Position numbers and translations under genes: made by a program. Source: a virus. From it: 64,000 nucleotides of DNA. This document shows, piece by piece, positions 1-9,149 of the stretch. Within the stretch, counting starts at the first letter, position 1. The number at the start of each line of letters is the position of its first letter. The notes below the pieces were generated by a model that saw nothing but the letters and a program-made list of their open reading frames with translations, was not told where the DNA came from and did not search any database. The stretch spans positions 8,949 through 72,948 of the IMG/VR virus record IMGVR_UViG_3300036832_000775, one strand, 5' to 3'.

Positions 1-2
1 TC

Positions 3-380
3 GAGGACCTGACCGCTGAGTTCTGGCGTAGGGTCGCCGACAACGACCCTTACGACCCCGATTTCGGGCACGATCGAAAGCTCATCTTCGACCTCTTCGT
101 CGAGGGCAAAGGGCCGATCGTCGACCTTAGCGACGACGTCGAGTTCGGGGAAATTCTGCAGGAGCGGGCGCAGCTCAAGCAGGTCGAAAAGGCGGGGGAG
201 TCCGCGACCACTCAGCGAAAGGTCCTTGACGCACGGATCATCAATAAGCTCGGCAACTCCCCCGCCGCCCGCAGCGGCGGCCGCCTGGTGACGATCAAAG
301 TCGTCCGCAAAAAATCCTACCAGGTCAAGGCCACGCAATACCCGCTGGTCACTGTCAAAGGAGTTGAAGATGCCGACTAA
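3..380 (+). CDS. C-terminal part of a YqaJ-like viral exonuclease (5' truncated by window edge)
   Basis: Open frame EDLTAEFWRRV...VTVKGVEDAD* overlapping the recT start; typical exonuclease-RecT pairing. Confidence 0.65.
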   Translation, partial: EDLTAEFWRRVADNDPYDPDFGHDRKLIFDLFVEGKGPIVDLSDDVEFGEILQERAQLKQVEKAGESATTQRKVLDARIINKLGNSPAARSGGRLVTIKVVRKKSYQVKATQYPLVTVKGVEDAD

Positions 381-1665
381 CGGAGCCGGAGGTGCAGCTG
401 GTTCATCGCTGACGATCGCGCAAGAGCTGGGGCAGCGGATGACCCAGTTCGAGGCCGCTTTGGCCGGGAGCGGAGTCTCGCCCAAGAAATTCGCGCGCGT
501 CATCCTGACCGCAATCAACCTCAACCCCGATTTGCTCAACTGCGATCGACGCTCGCTCATGAACGCCGCCCTGAAGGCGGCCGCCGACGGGCTCGCGCCT
601 GATGGGCATGACGGCGCGCTCGTGCCCTTCGAGGGCAAGGTGACCTGGATGCCGATGATCGCCGGGGTCCGAAAGAAGGTCCGGCGTAGCGGCGACGTCA
701 CCGCCTGGGACGTGACTGCCGTTTTCGCGAAGGACCATTTCGACTTTGAGCTCGGCGACAATCCCTGGATCAAGCACAAGCCCTGGATGCCTGGGCAGCT
801 CGATCGCGGCGAGGAAGAGAGCGAGCCAGAATACCTCGCTCGCCTGCGTCGGCATGTCGACCATGGGCCGCTAACTCACGTTTATTCTGTCGCGATGATT
901 AAGGGCGGCGACAAGTCCAGGGACGTCATGTCACGCGCCGAGGTCGAGCTGGTGCGCGACACGTATGCGCGGAAGAACCGCAAGGGCGAGTTCTCGCCGG
1001 CCTGGCGCAAGTCTTTCGCCGAGATGGCCAAAAAGACGGTCGCGCGCCGGCACGCCAAGCAGCTCCCCATGTCTAGCGATATCCTCGGGTTGCTGACGCG
1101 CGACGATGAGCTATATGATTTGGAACGAGAGCGCGGCGAGCGCGTGCAAGCTCCCCGCGAGCTGAGTGCCCGACTAGACTTTCTCGCAGGAGTCGATCCT
1201 GAAACCGGCGAAATAGCGACTTCCGACGACGAGGTGATCGACTCCCTCGTCAAGGAACGCGCGGTCTCCGATGACGCCACTGGGGGTAGGATCCCAGCGG
1301 CCGAGGAGGCCGCGCAGCAATCTGGAGCCCCTCTCCCCGGGGGTTCCAGTGAGCGTGATGGGCCACTAGCAACGAACCCCGTCACGTCGGCACCCGAGCC
1401 GGATGATGTCTCGTCCGACTCGTCCGCGCCACCGGGAGCGGCGGATACCCCCTCGCAAGCTCCCGGTGGGTCGCCTCGGAAGGCCAAGGCGGCGACCCCC
1501 GACCTCCTGAGTCAGAATATCGCGCTGCGCGGCGACGAGATCGCTACGCAAGGCCGCCAGCAGCTAGAACGCTGGGTTAATGAATTGCCCCCGGACGAGA
1601 TGGCGAAAATCTCGTTGGCGCAACTGAAAGCATGGCGCGGCGTCGCTGACAAGGTGGGCGTGTGA
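370..1665 (+). CDS. recT: RecT-family ssDNA annealing protein with long disordered C-terminus
   Basis: LLNCDRRSLMNAALKAAADGL, GALVPF and W...FAEMAKKTVARR..KQLPMS motifs; ATG at 370. Confidence 0.9.
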   Translation: MPTNGAGGAAGSSLTIAQELGQRMTQFEAALAGSGVSPKKFARVILTAINLNPDLLNCDRRSLMNAALKAAADGLAPDGHDGALVPFEGKVTWMPMIAGVRKKVRRSGDVTAWDVTAVFAKDHFDFELGDNPWIKHKPWMPGQLDRGEEESEPEYLARLRRHVDHGPLTHVYSVAMIKGGDKSRDVMSRAEVELVRDTYARKNRKGEFSPAWRKSFAEMAKKTVARRHAKQLPMSSDILGLLTRDDELYDLERERGERVQAPRELSARLDFLAGVDPETGEIATSDDEVIDSLVKERAVSDDATGGRIPAAEEAAQQSGAPLPGGSSERDGPLATNPVTSAPEPDDVSSDSSAPPGAADTPSQAPGGSPRKAKAATPDLLSQNIALRGDEIATQGRQQLERWVNELPPDEMAKISLAQLKAWRGVADKVGV

Positions 1666-2073
1666 ATGGCCCAATTCGCCGCCCGCACAAGAGTTCCAAT
1701 CGACAAGACCAAGGCCGATATCGAGCGCCTGGTGAAGCGTTACGGGGCCAAGGGCTTCGCCTCCGGCTGGCACAACGACGCCGCCCGAATCGAGTTCGTT
1801 TGCCACAACCGGCATATCCGCTTCACCGTCGTCGTCCCGCAAGGCGAACAGGCAGCGCGCCAAAAGTGGAGAGCCCTGCTTCTTTTGGTCAAGGCTAAGC
1901 TGGAAGCGGTCGACGCCAAGATCGCGAGCTTCGAGGAGGTCTTCGTCGGAGAGATCGTTATGCCGGGGACAGGCAAGACGATCTGGGAGACCGTGCGCGA
2001 GCCGATTCGCCTCAATTACGAGGGAAAGAAACCGACGCCGCTACTAGGATTCGAGCATGACCGGACCTCTTAA
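1666..2073 (+). CDS. Hypothetical phage protein
   Basis: 135 aa, abuts recT; WRALLLLVKAKLEAVD...FEEVF motif common in phages. Confidence 0.75.
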   Translation: MAQFAARTRVPIDKTKADIERLVKRYGAKGFASGWHNDAARIEFVCHNRHIRFTVVVPQGEQAARQKWRALLLLVKAKLEAVDAKIASFEEVFVGEIVMPGTGKTIWETVREPIRLNYEGKKPTPLLGFEHDRTS

Positions 2074-2383
2074 ACTGCACCGCAGCTACAACTTCGTCGA
2101 CAAGCATACCATCGTCGATGAGATCCGCACCGCCATTCAGGACAGTGGCGAGCCCGTCGAGTACATCGCCCACGCCGCTGGCGTCTCTCGGGCGACGATC
2201 GATTCCTGGCTCCACGGCAGGACCAAGAAGCCCTACTCGACCAGTCTCGAAGCGGTAGCGCGCGCTCTCGGGAAGCGCCTCACGCTGAGCGACAACGGCG
2301 ATATGCAGCTCGTCGATGTCCCCCCTCCGCCGCCGGCCATTAAGAGCCGGCGATTGTCCCTGGGCTGGAGACGCTACCAATGA
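2057..2383 (+). CDS. XRE-type HTH DNA-binding protein
   Basis: IAHAAGVSRATIDSWLHGRTKKP..SLEAVARALG. Confidence 0.8.
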   Translation: MTGPLKLHRSYNFVDKHTIVDEIRTAIQDSGEPVEYIAHAAGVSRATIDSWLHGRTKKPYSTSLEAVARALGKRLTLSDNGDMQLVDVPPPPPAIKSRRLSLGWRRYQ

Positions 2384-2595
2384 TGACGCGCGAAGAATTT
2401 CTCACGGACCTAAAGCAGCGCGCGCTCGAGATCGCGCGCGCCGGAGATCTGCAGCATGCGGTGAGCATGATGACGGTGGAGATCAACCGCCGCCATGACA
2501 TGAAAGTCCATCACGCCTTTACGTTAGCCGGCACGATGCACGCAATGAACGACGACCGGCCAAAGGTCATCGACTGGATCGAGTCGATGTCATGA
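2380..2595 (+). CDS. Hypothetical protein
   Basis: ATGA-coupled to both neighbours. Confidence 0.7.
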   Translation: MMTREEFLTDLKQRALEIARAGDLQHAVSMMTVEINRRHDMKVHHAFTLAGTMHAMNDDRPKVIDWIESMS

Positions 2596-2798
2596 TCGAG
2601 GACATCACACTCGCCTGCCAGCTTATCGTCCTGGCCATGCTCATCGGCATCACCTGGTTCGGTTGGCAGACGCGCAAAAACGTTCAGAAAACGGCTGATC
2701 TGATCACGCAATACAGGAGGGAAGTCGAATGGCTGGGAGCAAGAATCGACATGCTGGAGCGATCAAGGCAATCGCAGAAAATGACCTCATCCAAGTGA
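2592..2798 (+). CDS. Small membrane-anchored coiled-coil protein
   Basis: N-terminal hydrophobic helix; ATGA coupling. Confidence 0.6.
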   Translation: MIEDITLACQLIVLAMLIGITWFGWQTRKNVQKTADLITQYRREVEWLGARIDMLERSRQSQKMTSSK

Positions 2799-3007
2799 AC
2801 GAAGACGGGCCGCCGAACTGGTTCCGCTGTGTGCTTGCGGTCGATGAGGTGAAGAGCTGGGGCGTCCAGGCCTATTGCACGATTCCGCGAGCGCAAGGCG
2901 AGGCGTCAGGTGACGCCTACATGCGGCTCAGTTGGGGTGAGTTCGACGAGCTCGGCGTCAAGTCGAAGTTCGTCGCGGTCGAGGACTTCCGGGTGAACCC
3001 GGATTAA
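2729..3007 (+). CDS. Hypothetical protein
   Basis: 92 aa ORF with RBS, within the operon. Confidence 0.6.
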   Translation: MAGSKNRHAGAIKAIAENDLIQVNEDGPPNWFRCVLAVDEVKSWGVQAYCTIPRAQGEASGDAYMRLSWGEFDELGVKSKFVAVEDFRVNPD

Positions 3008-3020
3008 GGAGGAGGAAAGC

Positions 3021-3476
3021 ATGGCGCTAACACCAGCTGCATTACTTGCGTTCGTTTCGACTGTGTTCATGGCTCGATCCCTGGGCGGGGACCCGCCGAT
3101 CGAGCTGCCGCCGGAGCCCAAGCCGGAGCCGCTGCCGGAGCCCAAGCCCCAGGAGGTGAAGGAACCGGAGCCCGAGGAGGACCCCGCTGCGCGCCACCAG
3201 CGCATCAGCAGGGAGATCGCCTTGCGCCTCGTGAGGGAGAATGTCGATTTGCGCGAACAGCTGATCTGGGAGCGGCACATGCGCGCCCAGCTCGAAGTGG
3301 AGCTCGCGCGGCGCAGCCAGCAGCTCGCCGCCCAGCAAGCGCCCATCCCCCTCGTGATGCCATCCGACGCCCAGCGCCAGCTGCTGGGAGCGCAAGTGCA
3401 ATTTGGTTTCTGCACGTGCGTTCCCGGCCGCGCCGACGCGCTGCGTGGCCCGCAGCCTCATCGGATCGTTGGATGA
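3021..3476 (+). CDS. Hypothetical protein with Pro/Glu-rich linker
   Basis: Strong AAGGAGGAGG RBS; EPKPEP repeats. Confidence 0.7.
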   Translation: MALTPAALLAFVSTVFMARSLGGDPPIELPPEPKPEPLPEPKPQEVKEPEPEEDPAARHQRISREIALRLVRENVDLREQLIWERHMRAQLEVELARRSQQLAAQQAPIPLVMPSDAQRQLLGAQVQFGFCTCVPGRADALRGPQPHRIVG

Positions 3477-3676
3477 CCAAGTGCATCTGCGGCGAGGAGC
3501 ACGAGCGTCACCCCGTCCCTCTGCTGAGCATGGGGCTCTCGACGACCGACGAAGTGGTCAGCGTCGAGCCCTTCACGGCCGAGGACGGGCGCCGCGCTTG
3601 GCGCTGCGTCATGGCTGACGGCGTCAGGGAGATCGTTGTCGAGCTCCGCGAGGCTCCGGCTAAGGGGGACGCTTAA
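3473..3676 (+). CDS. Hypothetical protein
   Basis: ATGA-coupled start MTKCICGEEH. Confidence 0.55.
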   Translation: MTKCICGEEHERHPVPLLSMGLSTTDEVVSVEPFTAEDGRRAWRCVMADGVREIVVELREAPAKGDA

Positions 3677-3677
3677 A

Positions 3678-3950
3678 GTGCCGAAGCTTTGTCCCAGTTG
3701 CGGGCTCACGAAGCCTCTAACCGAGTTCAATATCCGCATACGTGATTTTGAGTTGATCCCGAGATGTCGAGCGTGCTGCGCCTCAGTTCATGCAGAGTGG
3801 CGTGCCGACAATCGTGAAGGCCTGCTTGAATACAACCGCGCCTACAATAAGACGCGCCCGAAGCGATCTATCCCAAGAGAAAAGGCGACTGCAGCTCAAC
3901 GAAGATGGCGAGCAAAGCGGCGGGCTCTCCTGCTGGGAACTCCGCTATGA
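3678..3950 (+). CDS. Zn-binding basic protein resembling an HNH-associated N-terminal domain, no nuclease motif
   Basis: CPSCGLTKPLTEF...RCRAC followed by a basic helix. Confidence 0.55.
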   Translation: MPKLCPSCGLTKPLTEFNIRIRDFELIPRCRACCASVHAEWRADNREGLLEYNRAYNKTRPKRSIPREKATAAQRRWRAKRRALLLGTPL

Positions 3951-4480
3951 AGCGCGAATGTGGAGACTGCCAGCTCTGCTGCAAATTGCTCCCCGTAAAA
4001 GGGATCAACAAGCCGGCGCTCACCCGCTGCCCGCATCAGCGCCACCACAAGGGGTGCGCCGTCTACCATAAGCCCGAGAAAGGCTTTCCATGGGAGTGCG
4101 GCCTATGGAATTGCGCCTGGCTGCAGAACATTGACGCGGCGGAGCTGCGCCGCCCGGATCGATCCAACTACGTGATCGATGTCATGCCCGATTACCTCAC
4201 GGCAGAGGGCGCCGATGGACAGAACATCGTGCTCCCCGCCGTCCAGATCTGGGCCGATCCAAAATACCCTGACTGTCACCGGGACCCCGAGCTGCGGGCA
4301 TGGCTCGTGCGCCGCCGGGGCTTTGTGGGGCTCGTCCGCTACGGGGCCTACGACGCCATCACGCTTATCCCGCCGTACATGATGGAGAACGGCGAGTGGC
4401 TTGAGAAGCGCAACGGCAATGTGCTTGAGAAGACGCATTCGTTCGGCCAGGTCCTCGAAGCCTTGAGCACTGTCGGATGA
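3947..4480 (+). CDS. YkgJ-like CxxCxxCC metal-cluster protein
   Basis: RECGDCQLCCK...RCPHQ...GCAVY...ECGLWNCAWL. Confidence 0.7.
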   Translation: MKRECGDCQLCCKLLPVKGINKPALTRCPHQRHHKGCAVYHKPEKGFPWECGLWNCAWLQNIDAAELRRPDRSNYVIDVMPDYLTAEGADGQNIVLPAVQIWADPKYPDCHRDPELRAWLVRRRGFVGLVRYGAYDAITLIPPYMMENGEWLEKRNGNVLEKTHSFGQVLEALSTVG

Positions 4481-4776
4481 AGCGCGCCGCCATCGCTGTG
4501 ATCGCCATCACATTGGCGCTCGAGCCGGCCGCCGCGGCGAAATGCCATCATTTCAGCATTTGGAAATATCCCTGGCGGCAGAGCTGCCGGATGACCGCGC
4601 TCGCGCCGTCCTCGATACGCTCTCGGGCCAGGATCAACGTCATCCTGCCGGTGCCACGGCCTATTGAAATCCCCCTCCCCGATCTCACGAACATCGACTG
4701 GGGCCAGCTCCCCGACGATGACGCGCGCGGCAGGCTGATGCTGCGCGCAACTCTCCAAGGAAAGGAAGACAAATGA
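4477..4776 (+). CDS. Small protein with signal peptide
   Basis: MKRAAIAVIAITLALEPAAAA; coupled start. Confidence 0.6.
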   Translation: MKRAAIAVIAITLALEPAAAAKCHHFSIWKYPWRQSCRMTALAPSSIRSRARINVILPVPRPIEIPLPDLTNIDWGQLPDDDARGRLMLRATLQGKEDK

Positions 4777-5114
4777 GTGACGAAGCCCACCACACGGAGC
4801 CCCTAACCGTCGGTCACGGACGCCACGATTATTCCACCGCAGCGACCTTCAACGAGCCAACGCAGCTCCGGCGCATGATCAGCGCGATCCCACCGAAGGT
4901 GGAAGAGATCCCTCACGACGCCGACGCCGAGATCGCCGCCGCGGCGACAGCTGCAGCGAATCACCGCTCCGAGGCCCGCCGTGACGCCGTCCTGGCGGTT
5001 GCGCTGGCTATCGCGCGGCGCGGTCAGAGCCCCGTCTCAGACTGGACGACGCGAGACACGGATACGGCTTACGCGATAGCCGACCAGCTCATCGCCCTGG
5101 GGCAAACTACCTAG
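4773..5114 (+). CDS. Hypothetical protein, last of the rightward operon
   Basis: ATGA coupling, RBS. Confidence 0.65.
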   Translation: MSDEAHHTEPLTVGHGRHDYSTAATFNEPTQLRRMISAIPPKVEEIPHDADAEIAAAATAAANHRSEARRDAVLAVALAIARRGQSPVSDWTTRDTDTAYAIADQLIALGQTT

Positions 5115-5169
5115 CACGCCATGCAAAACAAAACGTGCAAATAGGGCAAAACCGTTCTATGATTAACGG

Positions 5170-5309
5170 CGTTCGGCTGAGTAGCGCCGGACGCGACGGC
5201 TGGCTCGAGCCCACACTCTAGCCAGCCAGCCCTGCGATGACCGAACGTGGGGCGAAGGAGAGGGGCCGGCTTCTGAAACGCGCCTCGTTATTGGGGTCGG
5301 CCTCTCTCT
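5170..5309 (+). ncRNA. Candidate structured small RNA and/or convergent terminator
   Basis: Stems CGTTCGG/CCGAACG (5170-76/5241-47), GGCTGGCT/AGCCAGCC (5198-5205/5220-27) and a 13-bp hairpin 5258-70/5296-5308; promoter-like CGTGCA-N17-CTATGA upstream. Confidence 0.45.
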
Positions 5310-5349
5310 GAATCACCCTACCACAGATCATCGCGTCGCGCCGCAGCGT

Positions 5350-5577
5350 TCAATCCGGCGGCGCGCCGATCTTTCGGCGCACGTCATCACAATTATCGAC
5401 GACGTTGATAATCTTGCCGTCAACGGTCTGAATCACGCACGCGATATCGTTGGCGAAATGATGTTGATGTTGCTCGCGGACCGCCCGCAGGCTGACAATC
5501 TCCGCCGGATTAACCCAGATCACTTGCTTGTCTGGGCCGTCGAGCGCCACCAAGGCGACGGCAAGCGCAGTGAGCAT
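5350..5577 (-). CDS. Small protein, FlbD-like fold possible
   Basis: IWVNPAEIVSLR...CVIQTVDGKIINV pattern. Confidence 0.55.
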   Translation of the reverse strand: MLTALAVALVALDGPDKQVIWVNPAEIVSLRAVREQHQHHFANDIACVIQTVDGKIINVVDNCDDVRRKIGAPPD

Positions 5578-5842
5578 TCCCCACAGCCAATCTCTCCCAC
5601 GCCGTACTTATGTCATAGACCCAAGCGCGGGTCTCCTGTTCCCGATTCGTCTTCGCGTACTCACTGATTGCTGATGCCGAAAACGATGGCGCGCACGAGG
5701 TAGACGATCGCGGCGATAAACATCACCCAGGTCAGGATGGGCTGATCGAATCCGAATTTTGAGAGGAAGGCGAGCGCGAGGCAGAACAGGCTGCGCTCGG
5801 TGAGCGCCAGCGACTCATCGTCGCTGGCGAAGAAGACCGGCT

Positions 5843-6640
5843 TTAGTAGAGGGCGAGGCGCGCGCGAGCGCGTCGGCCAGCGAAGCCAAGGAAGACGAAA
5901 CCGAGGAGCATCATTGCCCAAGTGCTCGCCTCCGGCACGGGTGGCCCGCTCAACTGATTTACGAAGCCCGCGTTCGTCCATGCGGTGTCAAAGGTGGTCA
6001 CGTCAAGCTTGCCGTTGTTGCCGATTGAAACATCCACAGCTATCGGCGCGATGACAGTGCCCAGGCCAAACGAGCCGTTGAGCGTCAGGAAGTCCGCGTC
6101 GCTGTTGAAGCCCACCGGGATCACCGCATCCTCGATTTGGAACGTCGTCGGCGCAGTCAACCCTGCAGCCGCGTAGGCGAGGAGGATGTTGGAGAAGCTC
6201 ACCGATGCATCGGCTCCCGGCAAGTTGAACGCCTTGCCGACATCCTGCCCCGCCGAGAGCGTGACCACTGGACCGTCAAACAGACCGTTCGTCTGGTCGA
6301 AGGCCGTCGCCGCCACCGTCGTCTGCGGGCCGAGCGAGAATGCGCCTGCAGAGCCGACGCCGGTCGCGCTCGTGATGGTCGGCAAGGGCGACCCGAGCGG
6401 CTCAAGGAGGAGCACGCGGATCGGCTGGTTGATGGTGTGATTGCCGACCTCGGTGATCGTCAGCGTATTGCTGTCGTTCAGGAGCACCGGATCGGAGCCG
6501 GTCGCGGTGGGCGAGCTGACATGGAACGACGCCGGGTCGCAGAACGTATTGCCCGCGGCGTCGGTAGTGCAAGCGGTCTGCGCGTGAGCCGCGCCAGCCG
6601 CCACGAGGATCGTGGCGGCGAGAAGTGTCTGTCTGAGCAC
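5843..6640 (-). CDS. PEPxxWA-CTERM exosortase-substrate surface protein
   Basis: Signal peptide ending AHA; C-terminal VPEASTWAMMLLGFVFLGFAGRRAR. Confidence 0.9.
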   Translation of the reverse strand: MLRQTLLAATILVAAGAAHAQTACTTDAAGNTFCDPASFHVSSPTATGSDPVLLNDSNTLTITEVGNHTINQPIRVLLLEPLGSPLPTITSATGVGSAGAFSLGPQTTVAATAFDQTNGLFDGPVVTLSAGQDVGKAFNLPGADASVSFSNILLAYAAAGLTAPTTFQIEDAVIPVGFNSDADFLTLNGSFGLGTVIAPIAVDVSIGNNGKLDVTTFDTAWTNAGFVNQLSGPPVPEASTWAMMLLGFVFLGFAGRRARARLALY

Positions 6641-6649
6641 TGGAGCCTC

Positions 6650-7375
6650 CTAATCGGCCAAACGCGGAGCGCGCTGCCGGCTGCGGAAGACCCCAAACAG
6701 GCCCAGCAACCCGAACCCTGCCATCAGCATCGCCCAAGTGGAGGCTTCCGGAACGCCCGTCTCCATGGCTTGATTAAAGCCAGTTATGCTACCCCCGGTT
6801 GTGAGCGCGAGCGATGCACTCTCAGTCATACTAAACGGCGCGAGCGCAGAGAACGCCGCGATGTTCGAGCCCGCGAAGCTGTCGGGGTTGGTCGTCGGCG
6901 TACCAGAGACCGTCTCCAATAAGCTGCCGGGGGTGTTCAGCGGATTCGCGCCCTGCGTATTGAGCGGGTCGGCCCAGAACGAGAGCGAGCTTGGCCCCGA
7001 CCCAACCGCGTTGTTGAAGGTCAGCGAACCGCTGTCGCGGACGAAGGTGACCGGCGCGGCGAAACCAGTGTCGCCAGCGACCAAGCTGATGGTGATCGGC
7101 GCTCCCGACAGGTTCTCGATGTTGGAGCTCGAAAGCTGAAGCTCGTTAGGCGCGCCGAACGAACTCTGGGCCAGCGTCAGCTGGACGAACGCCCCGCCGA
7201 CGCTCTGATCAATGGTTAGGAGGTTGTTCGCGCCGCCGCTGACGTCGCAGGAAAGCTGGCCGTCGAAGCAACTGAACGTGCTCCCGTTCGCGGAGATCGA
7301 GAGCTGCAGCCGCGCATAGGCAGGCGAGGCCGCAATCGCAGACAGAATCGCAGTGGTCACAAGAAGTTTGCGCAT
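6650..7375 (-). CDS. PEPxxWA-CTERM exosortase-substrate surface protein
   Basis: Signal peptide ending PAYA; Ser/Thr-rich body; VPEASTWAMLMAGFGLLGLFGVFRSRQR. Confidence 0.9.
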   Translation of the reverse strand: MRKLLVTTAILSAIAASPAYARLQLSISANGSTFSCFDGQLSCDVSGGANNLLTIDQSVGGAFVQLTLAQSSFGAPNELQLSSSNIENLSGAPITISLVAGDTGFAAPVTFVRDSGSLTFNNAVGSGPSSLSFWADPLNTQGANPLNTPGSLLETVSGTPTTNPDSFAGSNIAAFSALAPFSMTESASLALTTGGSITGFNQAMETGVPEASTWAMLMAGFGLLGLFGVFRSRQRAPRLAD

Positions 7376-7440
7376 TGGATTACCCCGCTTTCGGTTCGGC
7401 CGAGGCTACGACCTTAACAATACATTTTCACAACGCCCTG

Positions 7441-7455
7441 TTGCACGCAATGCAA
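7441..7455. promoter_or_regulatory. Palindromic operator TTGCA-N5-TGCAA
   Basis: TTGCACGCAATGCAA upstream of the PEP-CTERM genes; same motif at 9097, 38000 and 47771. Confidence 0.6.
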
Positions 7456-7464
7456 AAGAATCAG

Positions 7465-7971
7465 TCACGCCCGCACGTCGGACAAATATCTGGCACGCCC
7501 TGCGGGAAAGGCCCAGGCCATTTGTCGGCTGGCCGGAAAGGGCGAAGTGTCCGCCCCCTTCATCATCGCGAAGCGCTGACCGAACAGGAGGTCGGCGGCG
7601 GCGATCAAGAGGCCGATGAGGACGATGGCGCCGAGAATGTATTTGATCGCTGAGACATACGGGCCTGCGCCCATCTGCGTGCCGATCCAGTCGACGACAA
7701 GATTGATGACGTAGAGGACGACGACGGCGACGATCACCGCGATGGCGAAGTAGACGATGCCGAGCGGCGAAACGGCGACCGCGCCGCCACCGAGCCCGAA
7801 CGCGGCTGCAACCGTGACGACGAGAGCGATCAGGAGCAACGCGCCGATCGCGATCTTGGCGATCCGAGCAAAGAACTCATCCGGCGCGACCTTGTCGATG
7901 GAGAGAAAAAATATCCCACCCGCGGCCAGAACAGCGATGATGTTGACTACGAATTGCACCAGGCCTGACAT
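7465..7971 (-). CDS. Four-TM membrane protein with internal duplication (holin-like?)
   Basis: Two repeated hydrophobic hairpins; end of the late operon. Confidence 0.7.
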   Translation of the reverse strand: MSGLVQFVVNIIAVLAAGGIFFLSIDKVAPDEFFARIAKIAIGALLLIALVVTVAAAFGLGGGAVAVSPLGIVYFAIAVIVAVVVLYVINLVVDWIGTQMGAGPYVSAIKYILGAIVLIGLLIAAADLLFGQRFAMMKGADTSPFPASRQMAWAFPAGRARYLSDVRA

Positions 7972-8075
7972 CTTTGGCTCCTATTCAGTCGACGGCGGCG
8001 CAGTGGGAGGAACGCGCCGCCGCCGCCAAACCGCCTCGCCCCTTTCAACGACGCGCCGCCAGGAGTTCAGCGATC

Positions 8076-9089
8076 TCACCATTTGATCATCTTCATCGTT
8101 GTGCTTGTCGGCTGAACATTGTTGTGGGCCACCCAGCTGCCCTGCGCGGCGACGACAATGTTGGCGTAGCCGGTCCCGACATAGACGCCATTGGCGCTCG
8201 CGCCGCTCGTCGTCACATTGGTGAACTGCCAGCCGTTGCCGGGAGCGATGTTGGGGCCGAGGGCGCTGCCGTTGCCGACATTCGGGACATTGTGCGTGTG
8301 CGCGTCCTGCGAGGCGGAGTGGCCATGGCCCGAGTCGCCGCTGCCAGGATGGTTGTGTCCAGGCATCTCCGCGACCGATATCTGATGGGTCGCCTCGCCA
8401 CCCGCGTTGACCCCCACTCCCCAGCTGTAGAGGATGCCGCGGTTGCCGGCGTTGGCGGCGTAAGGTCCCTGGCCAGGGACGGTGCCGATCTGGTCCGCCA
8501 TCGCGAGCACGGTCCCGCGATAATCCGGCATCTTGAAGTAAGGGCCGCTGACGCCCCAGGTCCCGCCGACGACGTCGTACAGGATGTCGTGCAGAGACTG
8601 GAAGACCCACCGACCGTCGCATGGGATCCAGCCGTTCCCGCACCATCCAGTCGGGAAATCGGCGATCGTCCCAGGGCTGCACTGGCCATAATCCCAATGA
8701 ACGCGCCAGGGCAGGACGACGATGCCGTAAGGGATGCCGAACCCGGTCCAGAAATAGATGCCGTTCGTGTCTTGGCCGTTGTTCCCGCGCACGTAGATGG
8801 TGAAACCGTTGAGGTTGACGCTCGGCATGATGATGCGGCGGCCGGCGATCGGCGGGAAGTAGACGTATTGATCGCTGCTGAGCGTGCCCGTCAGGAAGAT
8901 GATCGGGTTGGAGGCCTCGGCGAGCGTGAGCTGGTGCGTGCCGCCTGACACGGCGAGGCTGAGATAGCCGCCATACGCCGTGTCGAGCGTAGTGAGCGAG
9001 CTATCCATCGGCGTGTCCCAGCCGGTCGTCGCGTAGTCGCCGTGACCAGGGATCTCGAGGCGGAGGTTGGGGGTGAAGGTTGAGGTCAT
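8076..9089 (-). CDS. Tail fibre protein with tail-collar domain
   Basis: GTIADF...GWIPCDGR...LYDVVGGTWG...FKMPDYRG; GGEATHQISVAEMPGHNH; HNNVQP. Confidence 0.85.
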   Translation of the reverse strand: MTSTFTPNLRLEIPGHGDYATTGWDTPMDSSLTTLDTAYGGYLSLAVSGGTHQLTLAEASNPIIFLTGTLSSDQYVYFPPIAGRRIIMPSVNLNGFTIYVRGNNGQDTNGIYFWTGFGIPYGIVVLPWRVHWDYGQCSPGTIADFPTGWCGNGWIPCDGRWVFQSLHDILYDVVGGTWGVSGPYFKMPDYRGTVLAMADQIGTVPGQGPYAANAGNRGILYSWGVGVNAGGEATHQISVAEMPGHNHPGSGDSGHGHSASQDAHTHNVPNVGNGSALGPNIAPGNGWQFTNVTTSGASANGVYVGTGYANIVVAAQGSWVAHNNVQPTSTTMKMIKW

Positions 9090-9096
9090 GGCAACC

Positions 9097-9123
9097 TTGC
9101 AAATCGTGCAAATTGAACTATGT
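9097..9123 (+). promoter_or_regulatory. Operator TTGCA-N5-TGCAA overlapping a sigma70-like promoter
   Basis: TTGCAAATCGTGCAA at 9097-9111; CTTGCA-N16-CTATGT. Confidence 0.55.
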
Positions 9124-9149
9124 GGAGGTGTCCTACAGGAGTCGAACCC

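Noticed and set aside
5177-5197. Second hammerhead at CTGAGTAGCG...CGCGAC
   Set aside because: Core deviates (CUGAGUA, no GAAA) and no stem III with an NUH site can be built.
5661-5981. 106-aa ORF downstream of the PEP-CTERM genes
   Set aside because: Its N-half overlaps the PEP-CTERM gene; the hydrophobic C-half may be a real small membrane protein but has no supportable start.
7465-7971. Complete lysis cassette
   Set aside because: Only a holin-like membrane protein is visible; no stand-alone endolysin or spanin pair was recognised in the window.
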